From Bacteroidales bacterium (GTDB lineage Bacteria; Bacteroidota; Bacteroidia; Bacteroidales; UBA932): a stretch of 64,000 bases of DNA. Positions within the stretch are counted from its first letter, which is position 1. The number at the start of each line of letters is the position of its first letter. The stretch lies in NCBI GenBank assembly GCA_017935505.1, contig JAGBHM010000027.1, positions 537-64,536 of the forward strand. The letters run 5' to 3'. The translations under genes and the position numbers were made by a program. The notes under the pieces were generated by a model that was given only the letters and a program-made list of their open reading frames with translations, was not told the DNA's origin and did not search any database. Of this stretch, positions 63,194 to 64,000 are shown piece by piece.

Positions 63194-64000
63194 ATGCAAT
63201 ACGAAAATTTGATAGACAGACTTATTGATCTTGCCTTTGAAGAGGATATAAACACAGGTGATGTTACAACCGATTCCATTATTCCGGAGTCGATGAATGC
63301 CGTTGCAACAATGACAGCAAAGCAGGAGGGTGTAATCTCGGGACTTGAAATTGTTGAGAAGGTGTTTTTGAAATTCCAGAAGGATATTGTATTTGTACCA
63401 TATTTCAAAAATGGTGATTTTGTCAAGAAGGGTGATGTGATATTGAGGATAGAGGCCTCTTATCCTACATTATTGAAGGGCGAAAGGACCTCTTTGAACA
63501 TCTTCCAGAGAATGTGTGGCATTGCAACAGAGACCAGCCGATATGTAAAGGAACTTGTGGGTACATCAACACAGCTTCTTGATACAAGAAAAACCGCACC
63601 AGGCCTACGTGTACTTGACAAGATGGCAGTGAAGCATGGTGGCGGAACAAACCACAGGATGGGTCTTTATGATATGGCAATGATTAAAGATAACCATATA
63701 AAGATGGCCGGAGGAATAACCAAGGCTGTAGAGCAGGTAAGGGCAAATATCCCTTCAACAATAAAAGTTGAGGTGGAGACAACCAATCTTGCAGAGGTTG
63801 ATGAAGCTATAGCAGCAGGAGCAGATATAATAATGCTCGACAATATGGATAATGCAACAATGGCAAAGGCGGTTGGGGTGATAAAGGCTTCGGGCAAGGA
63901 GATCAAGACAGAAGCCTCAGGAAACATGAACATTCCGCGCCTTAAGGAGGTTGCTGCCACAGGTGTTGACTTTATAAGTGTAGGAGCTTTGACCCACACT
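63194..64000 (+). CDS. nadC: Nicotinate-nucleotide diphosphorylase (quinolinate phosphoribosyltransferase); the C-terminus runs off the right edge
   Basis: It is absent from the ORF track because there is no stop in the window. My hand translation from the ATG at 63194 gives MQYENLIDRLIDLAFEEDINTGDVTT...LLDTRKTAPGLRVLDKMAVKHGGGTNHRMGLYDMAMIKDNH...GVDFISVGALTHT, 269 codons open to the window end. Confidence 0.85.
   Translation, partial: MQYENLIDRLIDLAFEEDINTGDVTTDSIIPESMNAVATMTAKQEGVISGLEIVEKVFLKFQKDIVFVPYFKNGDFVKKGDVILRIEASYPTLLKGERTSLNIFQRMCGIATETSRYVKELVGTSTQLLDTRKTAPGLRVLDKMAVKHGGGTNHRMGLYDMAMIKDNHIKMAGGITKAVEQVRANIPSTIKVEVETTNLAEVDEAIAAGADIIMLDNMDNATMAKAVGVIKASGKEIKTEASGNMNIPRLKEVAATGVDFISVGALTHT

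Overview
This window looks like a chromosome segment from a Bacteroidales-type bacterium. The evidence is repeated Bacteroidetes-style TAnnTTTG -7 promoter boxes, TonB-dependent receptors with CarboxypepD_reg-like N-termini, an S46 peptidase, and a long basic C-terminal tail on S3. All family names come from motifs I read in the translations. No database search was run.

Layout:
- (1) nt 1-5.6 kb: an integrase-led mobile-element backbone. It holds a tyrosine integrase cut by the window edge, two unknown proteins, an SF2-helicase-like protein with a degenerate Walker A, and RadC/JAB.
- (2) nt 5.6-11.5 kb: a low-GC accessory stretch. My hand counts gave about 28-30% GC here versus about 45-52% in core genes. 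It starts with a 123-nt rod-like hairpin. A co-directional 5-gene operon of secreted and membrane proteins of unknown function follows. Then two diverged copies of a ~170-bp repeat, each carrying a small ORF, bracket a polytopic membrane protein and a truncated CAT-like acetyltransferase pseudogene.
- (3) nt 11.6-19.7 kb: a TonB-dependent outer-membrane barrel, a MATE exporter, a large signal-less MACPF-domain protein (BSAP-like candidate toxin) and a divergent TPR/LuxR regulator.
- (4) nt 19.8-26 kb: housekeeping genes (M48 peptidase, YegP, GH18, PurF-like, ClC).
- (5) nt 26.1-38.9 kb: a very tight 6-gene minus-strand operon. In transcription order it encodes a TonB receptor, a lipoprotein, a beta-barrel, a membrane polyferredoxin, an S46 dipeptidyl-peptidase and an M16 peptidase.
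- (6) nt 39.1-44.7 kb: a membrane pseudokinase, then an isolated rplC-rplD-rplW-rplB-rpsS-rplV-rpsC block with its own promoter and terminator. rpsJ is not upstream and rplP is not downstream.
- (7) nt 46-54.4 kb: an aromatic amino-acid supercluster. A pheA-aminotransferase-DAHPS/CM-tyrA operon sits behind a Phe/Tyr-rich leader-peptide attenuator. It is divergent from aroB, a fused aroD-aroA gene, and aroC.
- (8) nt 54.4-64 kb: histidine utilisation genes (hutH, hutI, an MBL-fold protein, ftcD), then nadB and a partial nadC.

I saw no rRNA, tRNA or CRISPR array. The features most worth follow-up are the MACPF locus, the duplicated small-ORF repeat, the rod-like hairpin with its low-GC operon, the TonB/polyferredoxin/peptidase operon, the Phe/Tyr attenuator and the AroD-AroA fusion.
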